Positions 1-23,100 of a DNA stretch of 64,000 nt are shown one piece after another. The translations under genes and the position numbers were made by a program. How positions within the stretch are numbered: the first letter of the stretch is position 1; every line of letters starts with the position of its first letter. Source of the stretch: Oculina patagonica. Its lineage: Eukaryota. The DNA lies in assembly GCF_052425735.1 (NCBI RefSeq), contig NC_135761.1, forward strand, positions 44,144,001-44,208,000. Reading direction: 5' to 3'. The notes below the pieces were generated by a model, which was given only the letters and a program-made list of their open reading frames with translations, did not search any database and had not been told where the DNA came from.

Positions 1-1240
1 CTAATATGAAACTCGTTTCAAAAAGCAAGACGGTAAACTGCCCCCCAAAAATTATACCTCTAAAAATGCTGAAAAATGCCATTGTTAAATTTTAACCCGG
101 CCGGCGAAATGATCAATTTGTGTTGTTTTAATTTGCTCAGGAATTAACCTAAGCTGGCAATAAAACTACAACGCTGATTTGAAATAAAATATACAATAAT
201 GAAAGATTTCCGTATGGCGCCATATTTATTTTCTATACACACAACTATTTCTTTTTATACTGCAGTGTGTTGTATCTTTCACACATGAACGGCAATGATA
301 ATTATGAGTTACACGGAAATCTGTAATCTCAGTCCTGATTTTAAATATAAGGGCTCTGACGATCATTAAAAAATTATTTTGCACACAAGACATTTTATAT
401 GTATACTGTATATAACCTTGTTTAATGGTGATGTTTATTTTTGTGCTATTAAGAAAACTCACAAATTGAAACAATGCCTTCTGTATGACAGTTCAGAATA
501 TTTTTAATTTTAGCTTTACTTGCAGCTCTGCATATAAAAATGTAAGACTTCTAGTCTGCTGGTAAGTGTGTACATCTACTCTGAAAGTGTAACATAGATT
601 TTTACTTTAAGATCTTGTGTCAATATACAAATTCTTGTTACTATTAATTCCCTGTGCATTTCTTATAATAAGAGTTGAGAGAATTTGATAATTGTATCAC
701 ACTTCAAATTCTGATGACAACTTACAAATCCTCTTTGCTGGTCTTTATACATACCATATAATACAACAAAGTTTGAGAATTTTTTATGAAGACAGTTTGC
801 TCCTTGGTAAGCACTTTATAATTCTCATGTCCTTTTCTTTGTTATATGTCTTTTGATGTTACAAGTACAGGGTAGATTTTTAAGATCCGCGACACACTAG
901 GCGATTTTATTCACTGATCAAAGAAAATTTGATTGTTGTGGACACTGCTTGTTGCGGACACACTTGGCGATTTCTCTCGATGTGGCACTTCTGCCTTGTT
1001 TCCAGACTCCATCGAGTGGCATTTAAAAAATTGCGCAAAACAATGTTAGCAAACAAAATGCTGACTTAGCAGAAATATCTGCTAGCTGCTGCCATAATTT
1101 TGCAACTACTGTGAGACACTCCAGACTACTTGCCATTTCTTTATAGGCAGCATCTTTCTTCAGGCGATGACTGCATTCGCTTGACATACCTGATCGGTAC
1201 ACAATTTTGCTGGTCTTAAATTTCACGATTGAACACACTT

Positions 1241-1372
1241 AAACACACACTGAATTAAATTAACAATGAAAACATGTTTAGGATGTCCTGCATCGATCTT
1301 CAGTAACAAACAACAGTGGAAGATTGAAGCAGGACATCCGAAACATGTTTGTTAATTTTAATCTGTGTGTTT
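1241..1372. repeat. Inverted repeat made of two degenerate minimal hammerhead-ribozyme motifs (Penelope pLTR-like remnant)
   Basis: Arms ~1241-1303 and ~1317-1372. The left arm on - reads CTGAAGA-T-CGATG-CAGGA-CATCC-TAAA-CATGTT; the right arm on + reads TGGAAGA-T-TGAAG-CAGGA-CATCC-GAAA-CATGTT. Confidence 0.6.
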
Positions 1373-1384
1373 ATCTTGAAGATA

Positions 1385-1493
1385 AATAAATAAATAAATC
1401 AACTTTGTTTAACGAGGGTTGCACATAACAGTCTTTCGACTGACAAACCTGTGGCCCTCGGATTCCCGATCGAATTGGAATTTAGAGGTGTTG
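1385..1493 (-). mobile_element. Short 3' tail of a SINE/LINE with (TTTA)n tail and 7-bp TSD
   Basis: (AAAT)n run at the left end; GAAGATA repeated at 1378-1384 and 1494-1500; a similar tail lies at ~7350-7430. Confidence 0.5.
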
Positions 1494-1578
1494 GAAGATA
1501 TGACATTGACATCTTTAGCATGGAGTTGAATGTATTAACTGTAACAAGCTGACATCTCTAAACCAATTTCATCATTAG

Positions 1579-10547
<8,969 letters not shown>

Positions 10548-11911
10548 AACAAAGAGGAACTTTATTTTTCATCGAGATATACTATTCACGTGTACTATAT
10601 ATATTATACGATATACGATACTCCATCTTGGAGTCGACGATTGACTCTAGAAACTATCACGCGAGCAGACAGCAATCATACACACCAAACTGCTATAGAA
10701 TTTTCTTTTATTGGAAAGTTCAAAAGGATTTCTGTTTATTCAGTTTTACTTGTAAATTACGATGCCTCCAAAGCGCAACTTCTCGTAAGGAGGGACCATT
10801 CTATTTTAGAGTTGGGGGCGCGGGGAGGGGGGGGGGGGGGGGGTGGCAATTTAAAAAAAAATTCACGTTCAAGAAAAGTAGGAAGGTAAAAATCCTGCAC
10901 AAGTAAGCACGGGAAAAACTAGCCAAAAACATGGTTGGTGCAAAAATGTTGGTAAAAAAGAAAAGAATTCTTGCAACTGAATACTAATGCTGACCCCCAC
11001 CTCCCCCATCAAAAAAAAATGGTCCGTCCCTAACAGCCTCGTCAGATTTGTTCACGAGTCAGCTTCAGACATTTTAAGCTTTTGCTAGCTGGTACACAGA
11101 CTCAAAAGAAAACACTGCCTGCATTGTGCAGCTAAACCAATTGCATATAAGTAACTTCTTGAAGTTAAAGCTCAAATCAAGCGCAAGCTGGCATCCGACC
11201 ACGTAGTTTATTTTTTGTACATCATAATTTATTTTTAGTCCTCAGGTGCCTGAATCTAAGTTTATATCGAAAGCCCTGCATCTCAAATGAGCAGCTTAGC
11301 GCTCTTCTATTCAGAGTTTATAATTATGCGACTCATTTGAAGTCGTTCTGTTACATTGAAAATGACCCGTTGAATATATATTATTCAAAGGTACCTTCTA
11401 GCAAAGACAACTACAACTAATAAAAAGTGGTTATTAATATTTAATTCCATGGTCAAGACTTGAGCTACATTGTAAATCCGATCGACGTTTTAACAGTTCA
11501 GTCGGGGAAACAACTGCCATTTGATGGCGACATCACTTCTCCGAGAAGTAACTGAGCCCGCGGTTTGTACGCCCGATTGCTTTCGGCGTACTCGTGAGTG
11601 CTCGCGCTAGTTTTTGATTGGACGAAAAAGTTTGGAAATTCTTCGAGTGCTTCAACGAAGATTTGCTAAAACCGTCACTTATTCCCCCGACTAAGTTAGA
11701 CTGGGATCTCCAGGTTTCTGTCGACTGATAGTTGACAAAGTAGTAGAAGCCGAGAGCGAGTAGTCTAATTTAGTTTTTAGAATACCCCCGTGTCTTTATT
11801 TACTTTCCGGCTGTAAACTTTCCGAGATAGACAACCAGTAGTTCATCATCTTTCTCTTGGCCAGCCAGTCCAGTAGCAAGCTCGCGAAAGGGAAAGAGAA
11901 AAGGAAACCTC

Positions 11912-12180
11912 GGGCCAAGTGGCTTATACTTCCGGAGCTTATCCCGGTTTTGATAGCATTAAGCGGTTAGGAATATTTCTACACCCCGTCGATGGTGGAT
12001 GCTAGTCCATCGCAGGATACCCCCACCTCCCCAGCATTATTTCGTCGGTACCCATTTATACACCTGGGTGGAGAGAGGCATTACGAGAGTAAAGTGTCTT
12101 CCCTAACAACACAACACAGTGACCCCGGCCAGGGCCCGAACCAGGGCTGTTAGATCCGAAGTCCGGCTCGTTTACCATCA
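11912..12180 (-). mobile_element. tRNA-derived SINE with Deu/Nin-like central core
   Basis: On -, a B-box GGTTCGGGCCC lies in the head near 12140; core TACCCATTTATACACCTGGGTGGAGAGAGGCA; paralogs at 1855-2145 and a fragment at ~25570-25630. Confidence 0.7.
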
Positions 12181-12396
12181 GCAGCGAGCTCGCGAGTGCG
12201 GGCGAAAATCTGGCGCACCCGACTGGCCCTGAGAAAAATAACGGGCTTCTCGTAGTCTTCTTGCGAGTGCGCACCGTAGCCTGTGTACAAGGACGGCTGT
12301 ACACAGGTTATGCGCACCGAGGATCGATTTAACGTTGCTACCTGTGAGTTTGCAAGTCAGCCACTGAGTTATGCTTATCAGTTTAATGTCCCTAGC

Positions 12397-12477
12397 TAGG
12401 GTGGGTTTTAAGCCATCTAAGCGATTTTCACTTTCGACGGTTTGAAATTCGCTTAAATGGCTTTAATCCACCCTGGG
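12397..12477. repeat. Isolated hairpin with ~32-bp imperfect arms
   Basis: GGGTGGGTTTTAAGCCATCTAAGCGATTTTCA / TGAAATTCGCTTAAATGGCTTTAATCCACCC. Confidence 0.75.
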
Positions 12478-12839
12478 AACACAGCGAGGTCAAAATAATG
12501 CAAGAAAGACAAGAGGTAAGCCATTTTTATTTCAGTTCCTTTACAAATGTAGTATTTAGAGAAATTTTCAAAGGTTTCTCATACATTGTCTCAAACGGCT
12601 GAACCAGAGTTAAGCAATCGGCCACGTTTGATCGCATCCGGCAATTGCAACGCCTGGGGTGCCTGTGCTGAAAATCGTAGCTGGCCTCTTTTCATGCCCA
12701 AAACGACATTTTTCTCTTTCCAAAAACAGTAGTCTTTACTTTCCCCATGCCACGAAAGTTTAAGCCATGAAAGTTTAAGCAGAAGGAATCTCCAGTTTTC
12801 TTATCACAATTTTTTTGGTCCGAAAATTGTATAATGATA

Positions 12840-13180
12840 ATCTTCGGAAAATCGTCGGAAATTTTCGAAATATCATCGTAGTGTCTTCGGAAATATTCGT
12901 AAAATATTCGGAGTATCTTCGGTGCCAGAAATCACTTAAAATAAAAAAAAAGAAATAAGATACTTTTCGGTTTATCTTGGGAACTGTTCGGAAAAATTTC
13001 GGAGTGTCTTTGGAAATTTTCGGGAAATATTCGTAGTGTCTTCGGAAATATTCGTAAAATCTTCGGAGTATCTTCGGTGCCGGAAAACACTTAAAATAAA
13101 AAAAAAGAAATAAGATACTTTTCGGTTTAACTTCGGAACTCTTCGGAAACTTTTCGGAGTGTCTTCGGAAATATTCGGAG
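12840..13180. repeat. 156-bp tandem duplication built from ~11-bp TTCGGAAATAT-like subrepeats
   Basis: TCGTAGTGTCTTCGGAAATATTCGTAAAAT starts at 12876 and again at 13032. Confidence 0.85.
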
Positions 13181-13284
13181 TATAAAAACAGAAAAAAAAA
13201 CCCTTAATTGAATAAAACAGACTCTTAAAAAAATTCCGCCGGAATTCCGGATTCCCAATTCCAGGTTTTCCAGCTTACCTGCAA

Positions 13285-13519
13285 TTTATGGCTGTATTAT
13301 TTCAATTTTTAAGCGCTACTTGAAAATGACAAGAAAACGTCATGTTTTAAGTCTATACCATGACTTTCAGGTATATAAAAGGGGTACCTTTTTTCCATAA
13401 AAAGGTATACGAAAGGGGTACAATTTCTGGCAAAATGGTATATAAAAGGGTAAGGGGTAAGTGCTCGGGGCGGTGCCTCCCCGTACAAAACCTTTTTGGG
13501 TACCCCCCCCCCCCCCGGG
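13285..13519 (+). mobile_element. Right half of the CCCGGG-terminated MITE family
   Basis: Close match to ~40503-40731; ends in C-tract-CCGGG. Confidence 0.75.
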
Positions 13520-14108
13520 TTCCCGGCACGAGAATCGCGAAAAGCCCTAGAGTATTTCTTGACCTCCCAAAAAAACTTTCTCTTGGCTTTCTCTTAGCTT
13601 TCTCTTCCACTACTCTTCATTGGACGTCGTTGTACTACAGTCTAAGTTCCAGACCCATTTCGTAACAATATATAAATAGTTGCCAAAATTTTAACGGTCA
13701 TACTTTTGAAAATGTATGTAGCTTAGCATACGAAACGTCATGTTGATAAGAATGCTATTTTTCATAATGTTTATCACCGCTGTTTGTGTTATATTTTTAA
13801 TCAAGTTACGACGGCCTAAAACCAAGAGTCTATATGATACACTTTTGTGTTTTTTAACAGTTTAAACTTCAACTTCAACTTTATTACTTCCATCACTTAC
13901 ATAAATAATTTATAAGTATTTTTTATAAAAAATCAAAAGTGACCAGGAGTCTACAGAAATGCAGAAATGCTTGAAATAGTAGACCCCCTTAAGCGGTCAT
14001 TGCATAACTTAAACTGATTTACAATTCAATTAAAAGATAACAACAATCTTATGATTAATATACGACCAGGTTCAACGGATATGTTCGAATTGGATCACTA
14101 TGTCATTT

Positions 14109-17100
14109 TTAATGCTTTTCATTTTGGCTCTGGCTTCTCACCATTTCAGCAAACATTCCACCTTTTCTTATCAACACCTCAGGTTTATCAAACTCCGCCA
14201 CACGTCCGCCATCAAAAACCAGCACCTTATCATAATCCATGATGGTGTTCAGTCGATGAGCAATGGTCAGCACTGTGGAATCTGTAAATTTATAACGAAC
14301 GACTTCCTGGATCAAACGATCTGTTTGGAAATCCACATTAGCAGTGGCCTCATCCATGATGATGATCTTGCTCTTCTGGACCAGAGCACGAGCCAAACAC
14401 ACCAACTGTCTCTCGCCAACGCTCAAATTTGTTCCAGACTCTCTCAGTTTGAATTCGAGCTGTCCTGGCAGATCTTCTACAAGGGTCTTCAACTGCACCT
14501 CCTCCAGAGCTGTCCAGAGATCTTGATCGTTATATTTCGAAAAGGGGTCCATATTCCTTTTCAAGGTACCTCCAAATAGCACCGGATCCTGAGTTATAAC
14601 GGCCATGGACCTGCGGGCTTCTTGGAGATTGATGGATGCGATATCAAGACCATCTATCAACACCTAAAAGGAAAGACATATGGTTTAAAGTTTCTGTAAA
14701 TTATTGAGAAAGCTTGGTCTTCGGGGTAGTCTCTCGTTAGTTCTAAGTCAATTTCACCCGTCTCATTTTACTCCTCTCGTCCAGGTCAATTTTGTTAGGG
14801 GGTGGGGGTGGGCGCTTATTCGAGGCTGGGCGCTTATTAACTTTTCCTACCTACAGGGTGGGCGCTTATTCGAGGTGGGCGCTTATTCGAGGTTGGGCGC
14901 TTAATCGAATAAATACGGTATTCCAAGTAATTATATTTGGAAAGATTTAAAGGTGGAAAAATATAGTCAACACCTTAATGATTCTGGCCCAGTATTTGCT
15001 ATGCAGTTTATTCGTTCGTTCGTTCGTTCGTTCGTTCGCTCGTTCGTTTCTTTGATTGCTTATTTCTCTCTTCCGTTTTTACCGAGCCGTAACTTAAAAC
15101 TGACGTCATAAATCATAACGGGAACGACAAATTCCAATGAGTCATTTTGAGGTAGGCAAGATATTCATGTACGAAAACGTGACGACGTAAGCGGTTATAA
15201 CATAATGGCTTCTAATGTAGGCTACTTGTACGTTCCTCTGAAGATATTTTACAATAAATACCAAAACACTTTTACGGTAGCTTCAATCCAATGCAACAAC
15301 GTTTTACTCACCTTTCCTGAGGGATCTGGCATACGAAACAGCGCAGATACCAGAGATGACTTGCCTGCGCCAGTGCGACCCACAATTCCAACCTTCTCTT
15401 TACTCGAAACACAAACGTTGATGTCCTTCAAGATGCGAGGTCCACCGTCAAAGTAAACCAAAGAAAGATCCTGTATGGTTAAGTTTCCTTCAGTAGGCCA
15501 GGACTCTGGAGGACAGGTTTCAGTGCTGTAGCCGGGTTCTGAATCTATTCCAGTATACGTCATTACACGTTCTACTGACGTCATCAAGTTTTCTACCTCT
15601 GTCGCCATTCGTACACCATACTGCGTTTGGTCCAGCGTTTGTAGTGCGTACGTCAGAGCGAGGCCGGCTAAAACTAAAGAGAAGTATGTAATTACGGCTC
15701 CTATTTTCAGGCCAAAGTGGTCATATACGGTAGGCCTTCGGTAGAAGGATTTTTTATGTTTTAGTTATCATCCTGAAGTTTCTTAAATTGATAAATTGAC
15801 TTTATCGGAAAAATCTGGAATCTTTCAAAAAAGAATGAGCCAAAAGAAGAGGTAAGTCACTTAGGCCAGAACGAAACAATCTAATTTTAACCCGCACTAA
15901 TAAACTTAAACGCATGCTTCCAGCCGACACTGGGCAAGATACAACTAATCAACCGGATATAAACAACCCATCATCCGTCGATAATGGAGATCGTATTGCT
16001 AATAACATCACCACCGAACAAAATGCTACTACGGCTACTCCTGATCTTCCTAACAGAAACACTACCAACACCGCCCCTGGAACGTCTACATCCATCAGAC
16101 GAAATAAGAAAAATCGCAGAACCCACTCCCAAAACAACACATCTCAACCATTGGTAGAAACAGAAACAGTTATCAACCTTTCGTCTGCACAGCTTTCCAA
16201 TTCTGAGACCAAGTTATTATCACGAGGACTGTCCTTCGTCCCCATCCCCAAACGAATCAATTGGTCAGAATTACAGGCTGACATAAACGAGTTTGCTAGA
16301 AGATTACGACTTAGCGAATTTTTTCAACAAAAAGATCTCACAGATTCAACTAATCCACCTGATGATGAACCACAGACACGTTTCAGGTGTAAAGGCTCAT
16401 GGACTCCTCCTAACGGAAGAGACGCAGCCCTAGATACTTTCATAAATGCAATCGAAGCTAGCATCATGACTTCTAAACCAACCGCCGTCAACAACAATCT
16501 TTCTAAAAAGGAACGCAAGGCTTTAACAGATCTCAGAAAACGCTCAGACATCGTCATCAAACCAGCCGATAAGGGCTCTGGAACTGTTGTAATGGACCAC
16601 GCCTGGTATGTCAATGAATGTAACAGACAGCTTAATGATATCAAGTATTACGAGAAACAATCTTCGAATCTTACGAAAAAAATACAAGGCCTCGTCGTAG
16701 AATACACTACCCGTTTACACAATGACAACCTTATTGACTCTGAGACATTGAAATACCTTTCGTCCAACTCTGACCCCAAAGCAGGCCGCTTCTACATACT
16801 ACCCAAAATTCACAAGCAAGGCAACCCTGGCCGACCCATCATTTCTAGCAATGGCCACCCTACAGAACGGATTTCGGAGTTTGTCGACTACCATCTCAAG
16901 CCTCTTGTACAAGCCCTTCCTTCCCACATCAAAGATACTACACACTTTCTTCTACAACTACAGAACCTTGGCCCTTTACCGGACAACGCCCTCCTCGTCA
17001 CACTAGATGTTTCTTCATTATATACTAATATTCCGCACAATGAAGGTATCAACGCTTGTCGCCATTTTCTTGACACTCGCCAAAACAAATCACTTCCTAC

Positions 17101-20100
17101 TGAACGTATCTGTGATCTGATTAGAATGATTCTCAATATGAACAATTTTTCTTTTAACAATCAACATTATTTACAAATACACGGAACAGCCATGGGAACC
17201 CGCATGGCACCTTCATACGCGAACTTATTCATGGGTAAATTGGAACAAAACGCCATTGATAACACCGTAAACAAACCGCTCGTATGGTGGAGGTTTATTG
17301 ATGACGTTTTCATGATATGGACACACGGAGAAGAACTCCTCAAGAACTTCATAAGTTACTTAAACTCCATTCACCCGAGCATCAAATTCACCCATGAATA
17401 TTCGATTTCCTCACATCAGGCACTCCCTTTCCTGGATGTTCAAGTCCACCTTAGCAACAACCACATTCAAACAGATCTACATACCAAGCCCACCGACAAA
17501 CATCAATACCTTCTCAGAACCTCATGCCACCCAAACCACACGAAGGAAGCCATACCGTTCAGCCTGTTCCTCCGTATTCGCCGCATTTGCTCTACCGATG
17601 CTTTCTTTGACAAACGTAGTGGAGAACTCATCAAACACCTGATCAAACGTGGATACAGCCGCACTTCCCTACAGAGAGATGCAAATCGCGTTCGCGCCAT
17701 CCCACGTCACGCAACGCTCCAGCCCCAAGGACAGCAAACCACAAAGACAGACCGTACACCTTTTGTCATATCATTCAATCCTGCCCTACCCAAAATATCT
17801 TCTGTTATCAAGAAACACTTAAATATTCTCCAGTCCTCCGCCAACTGCAAAGAAGCTTTTCCTCATCCACCAGTTATCGCCTACAGACGTAACGCAAGTC
17901 TGCGTGATCTCCTTGTACATTCCGAGCTTACACATAAGAAGTTCTCCAAACAACAAGGCGCTGGAGTTCATAAATGCAACCACCCACGATGTCTCACTTG
18001 TTCATTTCTTCAAGAAGGCCAAACTAACTACACTTTCTTCAACACCAACGAGACACGCAAAATAACTGACAACATTTCTTGCCGCTCTAAAAACCTTATC
18101 TATCTAATCGATTGCAAAAAATGCCACCATCAATACATTGGGGAGACCAAACGTCAACTTAACGAACGCTTCGGACAACACCGCAGATCCATTCTCAACC
18201 ACCATAAACTTGATGACCCTACACCAGTATCTATTCATTTCAACCAACCCGGCCATTCCATAAACGACGTTCACCTCATCCCGCTTGAACTTATACGCAG
18301 CAAACGAGACTCAGTCAGGAAGGCTCGTGAAGCCCATTTAATTAACAAGGCAAAAACTTTACATCCTCTGGGAATTAACAGACGTGACGAAACACGTCAT
18401 TGACACTTGTTAGAACCAATCATTGTTTAGTATTTTATTTTAAATTTTTCTATTTGTAACGATCCTTTTATTTTTCTCATCATTTTGTTTCTCCGCCCAG
18501 CCCCTGTGGAAGATTTGTTTTGCAAACCGAAATATAGGGCAAAGTTTTTTCTACATATTCTAGTTTTTTTCTTTTTATCCACTTTGTTTATTTTTGACCG
18601 CTTTAGCCGTCAGGATCAGTTTGCCGTCTATATTTTCCGTTTTAACTTAGTTACTGATCCAGGTCTTCAATAGATCCGGCACCACTCATCGGTTTGTCGC
18701 TGTGATATTGCAGTATTTTATTATATAAGTCACTTAGGCAGGGTCGACTGCAAATGAAGCTGTTAAGCCATTTAATGTTTTAGCAATATGAACATATAAC
18801 TTATCTTAGTATGATAAATTGTTATTAGCGTAATTTTTTTTTTTAAATTTTATTCATTAGTAAATTTATTTGTAAATTTTTAGCTTTATCTAGGATAACA
18901 GCTTTTACATGGGAATTCAGTTTCCCCCTGCTGTTATCCTCCCACTTTTTTTTTATTATTATTATATATTTTATCTTTTTTGTTGTAAATATTTTTTGTA
19001 ATGTTGGGAAATCTAATAAAAAAAAAAATAAAAAAAATAAAAATGCTGAAGACCAAGAAGGGTTACAGTGGGAACAGGGGGGGGGGGGGGGGGTGATCAG
19101 ATGAAGAAACACGCTTTACCGGTTTGGTTTGCCTAAACACAGACTGTTTAAAGGTTGCTTGCATTGGTTAGAGAAAATGAAATTCTGCTATTTTAAGCTG
19201 ACTACTTCCTTCCTCCCCGTTCCACCCTAAAATACATTCATAGTTGATATACCAACTGCTTATAGTCGGGGAGCTGAGGCCGCAAACGAGTTACGACTAA
19301 GGGCCTGTTTACAAGCAGGTAGGGTAACCCTAGGTGCTAGGGTTACCCTAGCAAGAGGGTGAGAAGATAGCCCGGGTTTACAAGCAAAATTGGCAGGTAG
19401 GGTAACCCTACTTACCCGGGTCAACTTACACCGGTTACGCTTCAGTTAACCTTGTAAAATTTTGTCGTTAGAAACTGTTATTCGAAAATAATTCCGTTCC
19501 AGTGCAAAAATACGACAAATTGTGAATGAAAACGATGTTTCTTGGTCACAATTCGCTGTTCTTGTCGGTATTTTTAAACATATTTAGCCTTTTGGAGCCA
19601 AAATAAAGTTGTCTCGGGTAGGCGAGTAATCCCTAGCAGAGCGTTTACAAGGCGCTAGGGTTACCCTAGCAGCTAGGGTAACCCTAGCACTCAGCTAGGG
19701 TTACCCTAGCTGCTAGGGTAACCCTAGCGCCTTGTAAACACGTCGATGAAAAAAAGAAGAAATGTGGGAGCGCTAGGGTAACCCTAGGTGCTAGGGTAAC
19801 CCTATGTGCTAGGGTTACCCGCCTGCTTGTAAACAGGCCCTAAGCAACACAATGAACAGGATTTGTGAGCATTGTCGCCTGCATCGTTTGTTTACCCCAG
19901 CGTCAGAGACCACTTAGCTTGATAATTCTTACCAGGATTCTCCTTTATCAAAATGGCAGCCACTGCGACAATCGTAACGAACACGCTACAAAGAAGATCC
20001 ATACGAATCCCCAGCCAGCGATTACACGACACAACCATAAAGAAAGCTTGTGTGTTCTCGTCCTGGTACCTAAAAAGGAGTACTGTCATGAACATGACTT

Positions 20101-23100
20101 CGAAATGTCAAAAGCCAAAAGACATTTTCACTTCCATTTGAACCAAAAATGGCTTATTTGTTAAAACTTCTATGCTACTGCTATGAAGCTGTTATAGGGA
20201 CATTATCATAATCAAGAGAAACGCATGCAAAAGGTTTGATTTCAAATGGACGAAGTCGGACCACTTTCCAAATTCTGCTATTTTGTATTAAAACCCTATC
20301 AGTTAATTTCAATTTGATCTTCCTTTTCCTTCAGCAATATACTTAATATATTCATCCTGGTGCTCTAAGTGCATTTCGTTTATGAGAGTAGGTACATGAA
20401 TCATATACAGCATTTTTTCTCGCCACAAATGCAATAAAATTGCATTGACTGAAAACAACTGCTTAAGTTAAAGGACAGTGTCACGGCTGATATATCGTAT
20501 TTCTATAATTATGGCCTGTAGTTTGCTGTAAACTGGGTTTATTATCTCGTAATAGAAAGAAGAAAACGGTTCGTACAAAAAGTGGTAAAATGAAAAAGAT
20601 AACTAAAAAGAAACGACATGAATTAAAAAGATTCGAAATTTCACCAGAATGGCAATTTGGTTTCTTGTGATCCTGTCGCACAACTAAATTTGATGAACTA
20701 CAAACCACCTCCAAACTTATAATCCTACACTTCGTCCCCAAAATCCTTGCTTTCTTTTGCTCTGTAGAATCTTTTTATCCAATTGACTTGAATGTTTTGT
20801 GACATTTGGCAATAAAATATAGAAATGAGGAAAGAGAACGTTTGATAATCAGCCGAGACACCCTTGCAATGATTCAACTGTATTAATTGTGGGTAGTTGG
20901 GAGCTTCTTCATTCTCTAACCTATTTCATCTCCTACTAACCTTTGAAGCCTATCAAGAAACGTCCTGCTCATATCTGAAATATGGACTATTTCAAGTCCA
21001 TTTGCTGTTTCCGTGATGTGTGAGTACACAGGGCTGCATTTGATGGCCTCGATTCTCTTCAGCTCTCTGGAAGACTTCAGGTAATAACGAGCATAGTACA
21101 CCAATATCCCAATAATTGGAAGAAGAGCCAAGAAAAGCCAGTAGTTTGTTGCAGCAGGAACCAACATAGTACAGAGCTGGAACAGACACATTACAAGTGC
21201 CTGTAGAAACAGCGGTGGTAACACGTCGTCCATACAGCCAACATCTTTGGAGAACCGATTTAGAATACGCCCGGCTGGGTTTGTGTCAAAAAACAACACA
21301 GGGGCTTTGATCGTAGACACAGTCATTTTGTTGTGAAGGTTTTCTGCCGCTTTAAGAAGGAGGTAGTAAAAGAAGAAACAAGATACTGCCATGACAACAA
21401 TGGACACCGCCACAAGACAGGCGTGAATGACTTGGGTGTCCGAAGCTTTTTGCTGGTCATGTGACATCTCTGCCATTCTGGACAGCCACCAATTTGGAGC
21501 TATGAGGCAAACTAGAAAAAAATGTTCATATTGTTAGTCGGTTCCTCATCTAATCTAAATCAGAATGTGATAGGCATGTGTTGCATTTTCTATTTTAAAG
21601 GTTAATCTGAACAATAGTTTTACCGAAAGAGATTTAAAAAGGAAATATATTATCCCGATACCGAGTTTTTTTTTGGATAGTAGCATTGTAGCAAGACTGA
21701 CGACGTAAAATGAGATAGCATTTTTGGTAATATTCTAATATACAGCTAGTAATAAGTTCTTATACATCTCAAAACGACATACCTTTTCCTTACTTAACCC
21801 ATCAGCCAAATTGCATTTCGTGCCTTTCTACTAAAAACGCAGTGTTGTCATTTGATTATGATATGCATATGGTTTGACTGTCCAGATTTTCGCAAAAACG
21901 GTACTGCTTAACAACAGTACTGCTCGCCATTATTTAATGTGTTACCTTGCGCCAGTATTAAGAGAACTGCCAGGAGCATTATCAAGGGAGTAGGTAATCC
22001 TTCCTGAAAATATTTCCAGTAAAGTCGCCAGGTCACAGTGCCCTCCGTTTTACTCTCCTCCTCTTCCTTCAAATCAAGAGCTGGTGGATGATCAGACTCA
22101 GGCACTTCAAACGAGCTTACCCGGGACAGAGAGCGAGCAATACGCGAAACACTTCCATCATCCACAAATCCAACGCTTACAGGGAACATAACATCATCTT
22201 CCAACAGTTTATGTCGTTCCATGTCATGTCTCTTCTCGTGGAAAACCGAGGTAGCTGATCGCGGCTTGCGCATGATGGTCCCTCTCTCACCGAACTCGTA
22301 GAGACTTACACTTCTTGTGCGTGTAGGCTCATCTTCAAAGAGATCCGATATTTTTAAAATATCGGAAAATACTCCCTGATCTGTGAGCTCAGTATATCCT
22401 CCCTGGTGAATGATTGAACCGTTTTCCATCACTGCAATCCGATCCACATCTTTCAAATACTGTAGCTGGTGTGTGACCAACAAACGAATACGACCTGATA
22501 AATGGCCCACTAAACAGGCATCAAATATATTTCTTCCTACTTTGGTATCGACTGCACTCAGTGGATCATCTAGAAGGTAAATATCAGCATCTGAATACAC
22601 TGCACGAGCTAAACCCACACGTGCTTTTTGACCTCCACTGAGGGTCACTCCACGCTGCCCAATTTCAGTTAGGTCACCATTGGTGAAAATGGCAAAGTCT
22701 TTGGTCAAACCACATATGTCTACAACATGCTGGAATCTCTCCTCGTCAAATCGCAAGCCAAACAAAATATTCTCCCTGACAGTCCCCGAAAATACCCAGG
22801 GTATTTGCGGAACATAGGCCACTTTGCCATGATATGATATTCTCCCTTGAAGTAGAGGTAATTCACCAAGAATAGCTGTTAGTAGTGAGGATTTTCCACT
22901 CCCCACCGGACCAGTTATTGCCAACATCTTACCATCACATACATTGAAAGCTACGTTACTTATCGTCAACATATCGACGGAAGAATCTTGAATCCAAGAA
23001 CATGACGCCTCCGAAATTGAGAGAAACGGCTCTATGATGCTTGAGCTCTTTGTTTCATGACTGGCAATCAATTCGGTCGTCCCGTGATCCACATTCTCGG

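Larger units (their letters stand above)
15867..18725 (+). mobile_element. Penelope-like retroelement, 5'-truncated, antisense in ABCC intron 5
   Basis: Flanked by a perfect 14-bp direct repeat TAAGTCACTTAGGC (15853-15866, 18726-18739); contains an RT + GIY-YIG ORF and a 3' region with a hammerhead-like motif. Confidence 0.93.

Noticed and set aside
19301-19840. Telomere-like TAGGGT repeats
   Set aside because: They are palindromic subterminal motifs inside a Harbinger-type MITE, not (TTAGGG)n.
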